A stretch of DNA of 56,735 nt from Chiloscyllium plagiosum (Eukaryota): positions 10,972,325 through 11,029,059 of the forward strand of contig NC_057718.1 in NCBI RefSeq assembly GCF_004010195.1, read 5' to 3'. The position numbers were made by a program, and so were the translations under genes. How positions within the stretch are numbered: the first letter of the stretch is position 1; every line of letters begins with the position of its first letter. Shown in pieces: positions 12,474 through 25,200 of this stretch. The notes under the pieces were generated by a model. It saw only the letters and a program-made list of their open reading frames with translations. It did not search any database and had not been told where the DNA came from.

Positions 12474-12829
12474 AGTTCTGTTAACTAGCTGAGTTGATTC
12501 TCTGCACGATGAGCACATATACATTAATAGTATTTGTACAAAACAAAACATCCTGTACATTGGCCTGACATAAACAGATCAGACTTACCAATTACTTCCC
12601 GCAAATTTTAAGAAAAAAATCATAAACAAACAGCCTCCGTCAAGCATAATTTAAACACTTCCCACCTTCTCAGCTTCCTCGGTGATTCTTGGAAATAGCC
12701 TCATCCATTTAAACATAACCAGGGTGCTTTCTCTTGCCCAAAAAGAAGGTGGCTCTTTCACTTATGTTTTTAAATTTTCTTTTTAAAAAGGACGACGCGA
12801 GAAACTTTTTTAAATCTGCACTTCAGGAG

Positions 12830-13160
12830 TGGGTCTCGGCGCCTTTGTCTGCCTCAGACCCGCCATGATTAACAACATCAAACTCCCTCAGAGAGGAGGC
12901 GGGGAGGCCCAGTTCTCCGTCCGTCCCGCCCTCCAGACCTTACACGCGCGCAGGCGCGACCGCGCGGAACGCCGGGACTTGTAGTCTCTGATCCTGTTCC
13001 GACACGAGACGCCCGCACGGCGCTCGGACTACAACTCCCGGGCGGCCCTGCGACCGCAGCGGCGTGCGGCTCATGCGCGTTCCCCCTAACCACCGACGAA
13101 GGCGCCGGCCACCCCTCCTCGACCTCTGACATTTGACCTCCCGGTCCGTGCGGTGGGGTG
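12830..13160. promoter_or_regulatory. CpG island / INTS9 promoter, probably bidirectional
   Basis: The only strongly CpG-rich stretch in the window, directly upstream of exon 1. It carries GACTACAAGTCCC on - (12974-12986) and GACTACAACTCCC on + (13027-13039), the ZNF143/THAP11-associated motif. There is an NRF1-like GCTCATGCGC near 13069-13078 and a YY1-like CCGCCAT at 12861. Confidence 0.85.
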
Positions 13161-13213
13161 AGCTGGAAGGGAAGATTTTCCATGGAAACGGTTTGTGCTG
13201 CTTGAAAGGGAAG

Positions 13214-13222
13214 ATGAAGCTG
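13214..13222 (+). CDS. INTS9: INTS9 coding exon 1 (MKL)
   Basis: aagATGAAGCTG|gtgagg at the edge of the CpG island, in frame with exon 2. Confidence 0.9.
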
Positions 13223-16200
13223 GTGAGGATTGACCTTATGTCTGTATTTCAACCCCTTTCATTTTATTGACGGTGTGGGAGGTGAACTTGTTGTGGAATG
13301 ATTCGGAGATGCCGGTGTTGGACTGGGATGTACAAAGTTAAAAATCACACAACACCAGGTTATAGTCCATCATCAGGTGAAGGGTCGACGCTCCGAAAGC
13401 TAGCGCTTCCAATTAAACCTGTTGGACTATAACCTGGTGTTGTGTGATTTTTAACTTTGTTGTGGAATGGTGGCGAATGCACCATTGAGTCCAATTGGGA
13501 GCAAGAGGGCCTGCAGCTTCATTTGAAGTCAGTATGAATGATATAAGCACTTTTATGTCTGTGCTCAACTTACAGTATGTGAACGTCTGTGCTTCAATCA
13601 ACGTCTGGAATAATCTGCTGGAGGCAGATACCCTCTGCCCTGTGAATATGAAGCTGGAAAAGCACAGCAGGTCACTTAGCATCCGAGGAGCAGGGTGTCT
13701 TTCGGCCCGAAACGTTGACGTTCCTGCTCCTCAGAGTTAAAAAATCACACAACACCAGGTTATAGTCCAACAGGTTTAATTGGAAGCACACTAGCTTTCG
13801 GAGCGACGCTCCCTCATCAGGTGAAGGGTCAACACTTCGAAAGCTAGTGTGCTTCCAATTAAACCTGTTGGACTATAACCTGGTGTTGTGTGATTTGTAA
13901 CTTTGTACACCCCAGTCCAACACTGGCATCTCCAAATCATGACTGCTCCTCAAATGCTGTCTCGCCTAGTGTGCTTTTCCTACTTCACATCTATTGACTC
14001 CTGCGTCCAGAATCTGCAGTCCTTACTGTCTTCTACCCTCTGCTCTGGTTCCTGGGAACCTTTGGATGCTCTGGAGTGTCTGCTTGACGAATTACAATGC
14101 TCTTTCTCCTTTTCTGAATTTTAATCAATTCTCACCACAAAGAATGAGAAATGTGCCTCTGAACCTATCCATGGAATAGAGTCCATAATATCCCACTTCT
14201 AACACGTGTACACACAAATTTTGTATCCAGCTACTTCTTGTTAAGGGTCATAGAGATGTACAGCATAAGAAAGATGTGGATTTATGTAGCTCTCTTCACA
14301 ATATCAGCACATCCTGTAAACCCAATACAAGAGTTTTGAAGTGCAATCACTGGTTGTAATGTAAGAGAGGCAGTTGCCAATTTGTAGACAGCAAGATCCC
14401 ACCATCAGGATTGTGATAATGGCCAGATAAGAACATAGGTTATAGGAGCAGGACTGGGCTATATCATCTAATGATCCTGTTCCACAATTCAGTGCAATCA
14501 TTGCTGTTTTAGTGATGTCAGTCGAGGGTTAAAGGTTGACTGGGGCACCCTTGCCCCACACCATGGCTATGCTTTTTGCTGCCTAGGATATGATCTGGCA
14601 TACCGAGCCCGTCTAATATTTTTCTTCTTTGATTTGGCATTATTTTTGCCTGCCTCCTCTGTAAAATTGTTGACATAAAATGCAGATGGTTTGGTGATTG
14701 CCGTCTAACAGTCACTGCAGCAAGTGACTGGATGGCGGCTGAGAAAAAGAAACTTTAATAACTGGGAAATTTTAAGCATTTTAATGAGGCAGGTATAGGG
14801 ATAAAACCCGCCTGCCTGCCTGCTGGAAATTATTTTCTTTTATAAAATCTATATAACATGCGTGTGGCTGTCCAGCAGGGGACTAAATTCAGGGTGTGCC
14901 AGTGGGCAGTATGACCACTTTAAATGGAGCCAAATATTTTTTCTCTGTGCTTTGTCAATTGTTTCTTTGAATGTTAGTGTTGGTGGGAAGGACAGCCTTC
15001 GTTGCTCATCTTCTAATTGCCCATGTAATTGTGGTGATGAGTCACCTTCTTGAACCACTGCAGTCCATCTGGTGTAGACACACCCACAGCACTGTTAGGA
15101 AAGGAGTTCCAGGGCTTTGATTCTGACTATGAAAGAATGGCAGTATGGTTCCATATCAAATCTATGTGTGGCTTGGAGTGGAACTTGCAAGCTGGTTATA
15201 TTCCCATGTACCTGCTGCCCTTGTCCAAATTGGGAGGAATCGCAAGTTTAGAAGGTTCTGTTAAGAAGCATGCGTCTTGTATATGCTATGCACTATTGCC
15301 ACTGTATATTGATGGTAGGGGTAGTGACTTTTTTTTTAAGAATCATTGATGGCTTCAAAGCAGTACTGAAAAGATCTCTGCTGACTAGTGGGAGTCCCTG
15401 GGTTGTAACACACCAAAATAGATAAGTTTTTTTTTTAGAAAAGCATGGAACACCGAGAGACTTTGTCGGGTGAAGACTTTGGAAAAAGTGCGTAAATTCC
15501 AAAGTGTGTCATTTGCTCAAAACTTCACCACCAATCGAACATGTGGTAGAGCCTGCAGATGGGTTTAATCAGCCATCCCAAGACTAATTGAACCAAATCA
15601 GAAGGAAATCACCTTCAATACAAGGGATTGCCCAAGATGAAAGGCAATAAATATTGAAGATAGTGGAAGGTATGCCAATTCAGTGGGCTACTTGCTTTTA
15701 GATGGTGTTATTGAAACTGCCTCTTTCCAGGCAAGGAGAGTGCGTTCCATTACATTTCTGATTTGAGCCAAGTAGTTGATGGACCGTCTTTGGGAAGCTT
15801 GTGAGTGAGTTACTCAACACCAAATTCCCAGCTTCTGATGTGCCCTTGTAGCCACAGTATTAATATTGTTATAATTAGGTGAGGAGAGGTCATAGGTCCA
15901 CTCTTTCTTTTGTAACTCATGATCATTTGCAACAATTTTTACATTATTTGAAAGCATCTAGCAACCACATTTAATTAAATGTAGTTAACCAGATTGAGAA
16001 TGATGGAGGGCGAATTTCAAGGTTTTCTTGAGTGCAAGAGAGCGTTTTGTTACCTACTATCCTGAAAAATATAATAAGGCATGACATTAAACAGGAACAC
16101 AAATAAGAGCTTGCAAAAAAGGGTGAGGTAGACAAGCAGGAGGCTGGAAGAACACAGCAAACCAGGCAGCATCAGGAGGTGGAGAAGTCCACGTTTCAGG

Positions 16201-19200
16201 TATAATCCTTCTTCAGGATTTCTCTACCTGCTGATTCTGCCTGGCTTGCTGTGTTCTTCGACCATCCTGTGTGTCTCCCTTGGATTTCAGCATCTGCAGT
16301 TTTTTTTGTCTGTGTAAAGAAGGTGAGGGCAGGGAGAGGGTTGTAGTACAGATGGGAAGGTAAAGGCAAATGCAGTTCCAGATTTTAAGACTCCCTGAGT
16401 TGTGAGAGTCGAACTGATTAGCTATTGTTGTGTTTCTTTATCAATGACAAATGTTTCAAGATTGAATGCTCAGTAAATCAGTTTTCTGAGTTCCTTTTCA
16501 TCAACACCTGTCTGTAGGATTGAGATTGAACGGAGAGAGAGAAGAGCTTCCAGTATACTTGCCATTATTAGTGTGCATTTCTTTTTCTCTCTCTCTTTGC
16601 TCAAAAGCTGATTTTGATATACATTCCTTTGCAGATGTTGGTGTATTTGTCATTGTTTCATTCCAAACTGGATAATTGTGGGCAACATTTCATCTGAATA
16701 TGTACAATTATCGTGCAAATGCAAGTAAAACATGAGATGCAAATTTCTTGATACCTCATTGAATTTCGGTGCATCTTGTTTAAAGTGGTATTTTCAATAC
16801 AGATAGTTTTGTATATTTCATGTAAGTTGCCTGAAGTTGTCAGGTGATTACAGCAGCCAATGTAGTTCAGCAGTGACCTTTTAAAAACCATTTTTAGTTT
16901 GTGAAAGTCTCATGTATTAAACTCAGGTTATGGAAGTTGAATGTTGATGGTTCATTTTCACTGTGATCAAAGCAATATGGCTCCTCCAGTTCGGTATCTG
17001 GTCAATAGTAAACTTCGGCCACCTTACCTCAGTTTGTTGATAATGGGGGATTCAGTGATGGTAATTCTATTGAATGCCAAGGAAAGATGGTTAAACTCTC
17101 TCTGGTTGGGGGTGTTGTTGTCTGAAACTGTGTGGCACAGTACTTAATTACTACTTACCTGTCAGCTCAATGCTGAATATTGTCCAGGTCTGCTACATAT
17201 GGCCATGGACCGCTTCAGAATCTGACAAATCTCAAATGTATTGGACATTGTGAAACACTTTATACATGTTTGTTTGTTTCTATGAAATCTTTATCTTTTA
17301 CTTCCTCCCTCAGTATTGCTTGTCTGGTCATCCGACATTGCCATGTAATGTCTTGAAGTTCAAATCAACCACCATTATGCTCGATTGTGGGTTAGACATG
17401 ACCTCGGCCCTTCATTTCTTACCTTTGCCGCTTGTCCACAGGTAAGTGTGTCCTATTGAATATCTCAATATTTCTAGTGTGATTTAGACTGGCATTTAAA
17501 GACATCGCTCATATCTTTCAACTTAAATATTGATTTTTGGGTTTTGATTTACTGACTTAGGGATTTTTGTGTGTCTGAAAGGTTAATAATAAACCTGAAT
17601 GTTTCTGTAGCAATGGTGATTTGTTTTAACTGTTTTGTGAGGGCTAGTTCCAGGCAGTGATTTTTATTTACCTTCAGGGGATTTACAACCTAGCAAGAGA
17701 TTGCCTCAAGAACTTTGTTAGAAATTTCTGGACTTGTTCTTTTTAAGGTTAGGGTAAACATTTAAACGCTTAGAGAGATTTTGTTCAGATTTACTTTGTT
17801 TTGGCTGGTTCTGCAGAAGTTTCCATGTGTAAAGTTGCTCTCGTGAAAGGGAGAAGATAGTTAGATTTGCTAACACTAGATTACCTTAAAGTAGGGAGTT
17901 AGTGATGGTTCCACACTGGAAGTGCTTTGATAAAACTCTGAAGAGGTTATTTGAAGCTGACAATATTTAAGCTAAGATGTGTGATAGCTCCAGGAAGAAG
18001 CTTTTCCAGATTGAGAATTGGAGTCAAACCCATTGATGTGTTAGAGAAAGGGATTTTCTGGTGTGAGTACTGTACAAGGGATGTTTATGGGTATCATATA
18101 GAAATGTTTTGCGATCTGTAAGGGTGTGATTTGAGGATTGATGGCATTGTATTTGCGTGCTTCAAAATCTTTAATGTCAAATCTTGTGTTCTAAGTAAAT
18201 GGTCTGGTTTATTCTATTTTAACTCTACTCCTTTCGCTTAGCTTACATGTTTTATTGTGAATGACAAATCTGGAATAGCACATGCTTATATTTCAATGAG
18301 AGACCAACTTGTTAAAAACCAAATGAAAACAAAACAGAAATATGATCCAACAAGTCAGATTTCTGTCTAGGATCTGACTTGACCAGTGATAGTATCAATT
18401 AACATTGGGTGACATTTAAAATTATGATCCACAGACTATTCATTGTTCTGCAAATATACCGCTTGATGCAAAGTTGCAATATACATATATATACTAAAAA
18501 CAGCCTCGGTTAAAACTGCAGTTTCTGCCAAATTATCTGAGCTAAACTGGGGTAATGATAAGGATGGAACATCGGTGACCCTAGGCTCCGAATAACAAAA
18601 CTAACCTGTGTTCCTGCTGCTGATCTGATCACTGGAGTTATGGGACATCACTACACATTTTTATAATTGCAAAGTATGTAAATCCTATCTCTCTCGCATC
18701 CATTCCCCCCAATACACCACAAACATGAGCCTAAAGTTGCTGCTGTTTCAGTAGACTTGGACAAAACTGCCTTCATTTTGCAAAAGCTGGACCAGTCTTC
18801 AGGGGCAAAGTTTGGCGTCCAGTCCTTTGTGACAGGACCATGTCAGAACCATGGCACCAGCATGTACGGGGGCGAGAAATGCTAGTTCAAAATGGGAAGC
18901 AAGGAGAATGCTCCATCTAACCTCCTAAAGAGAGTGGGGAGTAACTTTGGGAGGCAAATGAACAATAAAGTGAAGTAACTGACCAACCAGAGCTTAAAAC
19001 AAATCCACTGTGCTCTGGAATGCCTTCAAAAGAAATAATGGAAATCTGTTCAATTTCGCTCATCCTGTCTCTCCTGCCTCCATCCCTTCCAATTAGGCCC
19101 CAAAATAACCCTACTCCTGCCTGACATTGCAGCTGTTTCAGTTGAATTGCACCATGTGGACAAATATCTTTTATTTTGCAAGAAATGGACCTGCCTTCAG

Positions 19201-22200
19201 CAGTGAAGTTCCACCACTTCTCCTAAATGTGGCCTTTACTGGCTCGGCTCGTGTGTGAGAATGGATAGAATGATGAACAGGAGAGACTGGTTGCTGTCCC
19301 AAGTAATCACAAAGCGACTGAGCATCGTGCTTCTCCAGTGACTCATTACACTAACAGCCCATTAGGAATGTTTAACAAATCCAAGCCTATTTCAGGGGAA
19401 ACTTTCTGGGAAAAAAAGGTGATCACACAAATACCAAAAGATCACAGTGATCTTGTTATCCTTCCCTTATATCCACACCAGAACCATGCAATTGACTCTT
19501 AACTGCCTTCTTAAATGAACTGAACAAGCTACTCAGTTCAAAGGCAATTAGAGATCAGCAACAAATGATGGCCTTGCTGGTGATGCCCAGGTGCCATGAC
19601 AGAATGAAGGAAAATCAGGCTGTCCTGGATGGTGTCTCACACTGCATGTTGCTGGAATTGTCAAGAGTATTCCAATACAATCTTGACTTGTGATTTTTAT
19701 AGATGGCGCATAGACTTAAGGGAGTCATAAGGTGGTGTTTGCCACAGAATTCCCAGTCTCTGACTGCATGATAACATTTATTGTCCAACAGGTTTATTTG
19801 CTATCACAAGCTTTCAGAGCATTGTCCCTCTACTTGACGTGATGAAGGGGCAATGCTCTGAAAGCTTGGGATTTGAAATAACCCTGTTGGACTATAGCCT
19901 GGTATTGTCTGACTTCTGACCTTGTCCAACCCAGTCCAACACTAGCCTCCACATCATGATAATGTTTATAACTGCCTTATATATATGGTTTGGCCAGTTC
20001 ATTTTACGGTCAGTGCGTGTACTATATTAAAAGGCCTTGAAGAAGCATCACAATAGCGATAAAAACATTTTGATTGCAGCAAAGTTTTTTTTTGTAAGGC
20101 CATGTTTCTTTTTGTCCCCCAGCCCAAGACTTTCTAAGCTCCCAGGCTGGATTTCAAAAGATGGTAACGCCATGCTTGAAAAGGTAAAGTAGGACGACTT
20201 CACTGTACAAGTATGACTGTACAAGTTCTTCTGAATGTTGATTATAATCGTTCACAATTCTCTTGCAGTAAATAATATATTTGTCTTTCTCAGTATCACT
20301 TTGTTGTCCCCTCTTGTCCTCTCTCCCTCCCGTCAAGGATAACTGTGCGACCTGCAGATAATCCAATGCAGTTTCCAGTGCCTTATTTGCAATGCGAAAC
20401 TTGGTGTTTCATAGAATCCCTACAGTGCGGAAACAGGCCCTTCGGCCCAACAAGTCCACACCAACCCTCTGAAGAGTAATCCACCCAGACCCATTCCCCT
20501 AATATCCTATATTTATCCTTGACTAATCCCCCAAACTTACACATCCCTGAACACCATGTGCAATTTAGCATGGCCGGTTCACCTAACCTTGATCTTTTAT
20601 TACGTATTGATCCAATACTCAGATTCTTGTTGTCTCTATTTTAAAATAATCATGGCAAGAGCTCCAATCTCTTGTCACACCAAACTTGGGAAAGTGCACT
20701 GATACTTGAGCCCAAAAGTTAAAAGTTGAGTCAAAGTCCCCAATTTACCTGTCTTTTGGATTCAAGTTAATAAAAAGCACTGATCAGGTTTCTGGACTCA
20801 AGACTATTTACTAAAATTAAATCATTTCTAACCACAGACTAATAAAAATGAACTATCAGCCTATAACACTATTGCTTGAAATTCTTAAACTCCCCATTCC
20901 GACTTCTTACACCTCTACACATAGAATCATAGAATTTTACAGTACAGAAGGAGGCCATTCGATCCATTGTGTCTGTACTGGCTTGCAAAACAGCTACCCA
21001 GCTAGTCCTCTTCTCCATCTGTAACCCATAGCCCCACCAATACATCATTTTCAAATATACATCCAGTTCTCTTTTGAAACCTCCTAGGAAATCCAAGTCC
21101 TCCACTCTCCACTCTCAAAGGCAGTGCATTTTAATTCTTGAAAGCTTTCTGAGTCAGGAAGTTTCTCCTCATCTCACTCCTAGCTGTCTTGGTGACAGTC
21201 ATGAAATTGTGACCCCCTTAGCTACTGGCATAGCAAGTCCTGGAAATAGAATATCCTTCTTTACCCTGTCAAAATTGTTCATATTTTTTAAGCAGCACAA
21301 TTAGGTCACTTTTTAATCTCTGTTCTAAGGAGAATAAGGCCAATTTCTCAAATCTTTCCTTGTATCTAAAATTCCTCATTCCTGGTATCATTCAGTAAAT
21401 CTCCTTTGCAGCCTCTTCAATAATTTTTGTTTATTTACTCATGGGGCTTGGCCATGAGAAGGTAGTGGTGAGCTTCAGTCCAACTCATTCATGTCAAACA
21501 GATATCCCAAATTATTCTAATCCCATTTGCCAGCATTTGGCCCATTTCCCTCTAAACCTTTCTTATTAATATACTCATCCAGATGCCTTTTAAATATTGT
21601 AATTGTAGCAGCCTCCACCGCTTCCTCTGCCAGCTCATTCCATACACGCGCTGCCCTCTGTGTGAAAAGTTGCCCCTTGGTTCCCTTTTTAAATCTTTTC
21701 CCCCTCATCTTAAACTTATGCATCTGGTTTTGGACTTCCCTACTCTGGGGAAAAAGACCTTGGCTATTCACTCTCTATCTGTGCCTCTTAGCCTCCTCCG
21801 CTCCAGGGAAAATAGCTCCAGCCTATTCAGCCTCTCTCTGTACCTCAACTCTCCAACCTGACATAGGAAATTGAGATTGGAACCTCCCATGCTGATCATG
21901 CCAGCTGGGGAGGCGTTTAAACTCTGAATATGGTACAAGTCTTCTTTCACTCCTTCAGAAGCAATTTATTAATTAGTTGTAATTTCTTGCTTATTGTTTT
22001 AATAGTGGTGATCTAATGTTTCCATTCTAGGAGCTGAAAGATTGTGCTGGACGAGTATTCGTTGACTCTGTGCCAGAGTTCTGTCTGCCAGAGGTAAAAA
22101 AAAACCCTTGTGTTTGAGTAACCCTCAGAAGGAGCAGTAGACTAGAGTACATAAAATCAAGCTACCTGACCACTGGAGCTCTCCGAAAACTGGAAACCTT

Positions 22201-25200
22201 TTAGATCAGTCTTAAATCGAGTAATTGTTTTCTAAACAATGTATTTTAGCAATTTTGCATGATATAGCTACAGACAAGTAAACCTCTTCGCCTGCTGTTT
22301 TATCCCATTCTCCAAATTATTCTTGACTATACTGAACTAAGCTTGACTCAAACTATCCATGGCGAAAGTGGGTACTGCAGTTGCTGGAGTTTCGAGTCAA
22401 GATTAGAGTGGTGCTGGAAAAGCACATCAGGTCAGGCAGCATCCGAGGAGCAGGAAAATCAACTTTTTGGGCAAAAGGCCTTCATCAGGAATTCCTTTTG
22501 CTGGAAACGTCGATTTTCCTGCTCCTCGGATGTTGCCTGACCTGCTGTGCTTTTCCAGCACCACTCTAATCTTGACTCAAACTGTCCATGCCTGAACTGT
22601 CTGACCCAAAATATCTGAAATACAACAGTCTCTGATTTAAGGTACTGTGCTTGTAGTTCAGTGTTAGTTATGCAGTGTTCCATTTCTGTTTGTACTGGTG
22701 CCTCTGGTAGTAAAATTAGCAGACTCCCATTCATACAGCCCCTAACAATAAAATGATGGATCCCCATTCAGGCACTGGCTTCTCCAGCAGTAACAATTTA
22801 TCTCAGCTGCCATTCATGTATTTGCTTCCTTGACACAGTATACTTTCCTTGGGTCAAGCTGCAGAGCGTCAACACCCAGTCAGTCTGACATCAGTACATT
22901 GGTGACAATGACTCCAGCAGTTCTGAAAACCATGAGTGTTATTGTTGCTGATCGTGCAGCCAGAGTGACAAAGCGAGATGGGGACCGGGTTTAAACATAA
23001 AATATTTCGATTTCCTGAGATTGAGAGAGTGCATTTTCTTAAGCATATTTCCTTCTCTTTCTGTGTTTGCAAATGGTAGTTACACTTAAGCCTATTTCAC
23101 TTTAAGGCTGCAATCCTCTTAAATGTTTGTAATGTCCATTACAGACAGAGTTGTTGGACCTCTCCACTGTAGATGTGATCCTGATATCAAATTATCACTG
23201 TATGATGGCATTGCCATATATTACAGAGCACACTGGCTTCACTGGCACAGTCTATTCCACTGAACCCACAATGCAGATTGGAAGGTAAGCATTTCTGTTT
23301 TTTAAATTTTCTCATTTTACCTTTTCTACCTTTCCATTTGTTCCTGACAATGCTGATTGTGACCATAATGCTATTCCATGTGTAGGGTCTTCCTGTTTGT
23401 AACTCTATCAAAAGTGCCATTCAAGTTTTACTTGCAGGACAAACGTAATGTTTATCTGAAGGCCATCATGTATGGAAACATCACCATTACCAAGTTGGAA
23501 CAATTTTAAAAGGGGTGCAAGAACAGAGAAATGTTTTGTATAAAGTTTTGATGATTGCAGACAAGTGGTTCGCAAAGCAATTGGGATTTTAGGTTTTATA
23601 AACATAGACATAGAATACAAAGTCCAGGGAGGTTCGGTGAATCTTGATAAAACACTAACTTGGCCTCAGCAGGAGTATTGAGTCCAATTCTGGGCACCAA
23701 GTAATGGTTGAAATATGAATTCAATGAATAAATCTGGAGTATAAAACTAGTCTCAGCAATGGTAACCATGATACTACAAGCAATTGCTGTAAATCTGTTC
23801 ATTAATGGCCTTTATGGAAGGAAATCTGCCATCCTTACCTGATCTGGCTTACATATGATTCCAGGTCCACTTGACAGACAAAATGGGCTCTTTTTAGGCA
23901 CACAAGACTAATAGACCATTCAGCCACTCAAAGATTCTAAACTATGATTGATCACATATATCAATACCACTTTCCCATGCTCTCTAGATGAATTGAATTG
24001 AATTTATTGTCACGTGTACCGAGGCACAGTGAAAAGCTTTGTCTTGCAAGCAATACAGATCACAGAGTTAAGTAGCATAGATTAGTAAATAATATGTAAA
24101 CAGCAGCAAAAACAAAAACTTAGGTACAGGTGAATGTGAAGAGTTCATATGTCCATTCAGTATTCTAACAAGAGTAGGGTAGAATCTGTTTCGCAACTGG
24201 CCAGTGCGTATGTTCAGGCTTCTGTACCTTCTCCCGATGGTGGAGGTTGTAGAAAAACATTGCCAGGGTGAGATGGACCTTTTTGAATGCTGGTGGTCTT
24301 TCCTTGATATTGGGCCTGGTAGATGGATTCTTTGGATGGGGGGTTGACCTTTGTGATTGTCCAGGCTGAGTTCACCACTCTCTGTAACCATCTCCGATCT
24401 TGAATAGTACAGTTGCCATACCAGGTAGTGATACATCCGGACAGAATGCTCTCGATGGTGCACCTATAAAAGTTGGCAAGGTTATTTGCCATCATGCCAA
24501 ATTTTCTTAGCTGCCTGAGGAAGAAGAGACGTTGTTGGGTCTTTGTAACCAGTGCACCGCATGAAGAGTCCAAGAAAGCTTGTCCAAGGATACACCTATC
24601 CTTGATGTCATTCGGATCTAGAAATTTATCAATTTCTGAATTGAACTTCTCAATGACCTAAGTCTCCATAGAGAATTCTGGGCTGTAACAACTCTGAGTG
24701 TATTTCCAAAGGTCAGTCAGAGATACTTGATTTGACACAGATTAGTAAAGTAAGTGGAAAGAAGTACAAGGTGAAGAGAGGAAGATTCAAGTTCAGTATA
24801 AAAAAGCGTTAGAGAGGTGTTGCTTTTTAGTTTTTGGAGCAATTTTTAAAAAGCAATTAATTTCACTTCATTCGAGATCTTGTAGAGAAATACATAAACT
24901 ACAACCAGAATCATTGTAGGTCTATTTATTCTGCCTTCCTGATAATCCTTTCCACTCTTGAAGTGTTCTAATAATTGATCTGATGTGGATCATTATTTAC
25001 TTTTAAACTTTATTCTTGGGATGTGAGAATCGAAGGCATTACTGACAGTTATTGTTCATTCAAGAGGGTGGTGATGAGAATTGTAAAGGAAGTGTCTCTG
25101 CAGTGTTGTTAAAAACGGAGATTCAGGATTTTGCCCAGTGGTGATGAAGGTACAGTGATATAAATGTCTCGAGGAGGATAATAACTGACATGGAGGGGAC

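Noticed and set aside
12878..13252. 124-aa minus-strand ORF over the promoter
   Set aside because: Stop-poor GC-rich CpG-island sequence that does not resemble HMBOX1 or any protein I recognise.
17560..18410. Possible third solo LTR in intron 2
   Set aside because: The composition is suggestive, but matching termini and a TSD could not be fixed.
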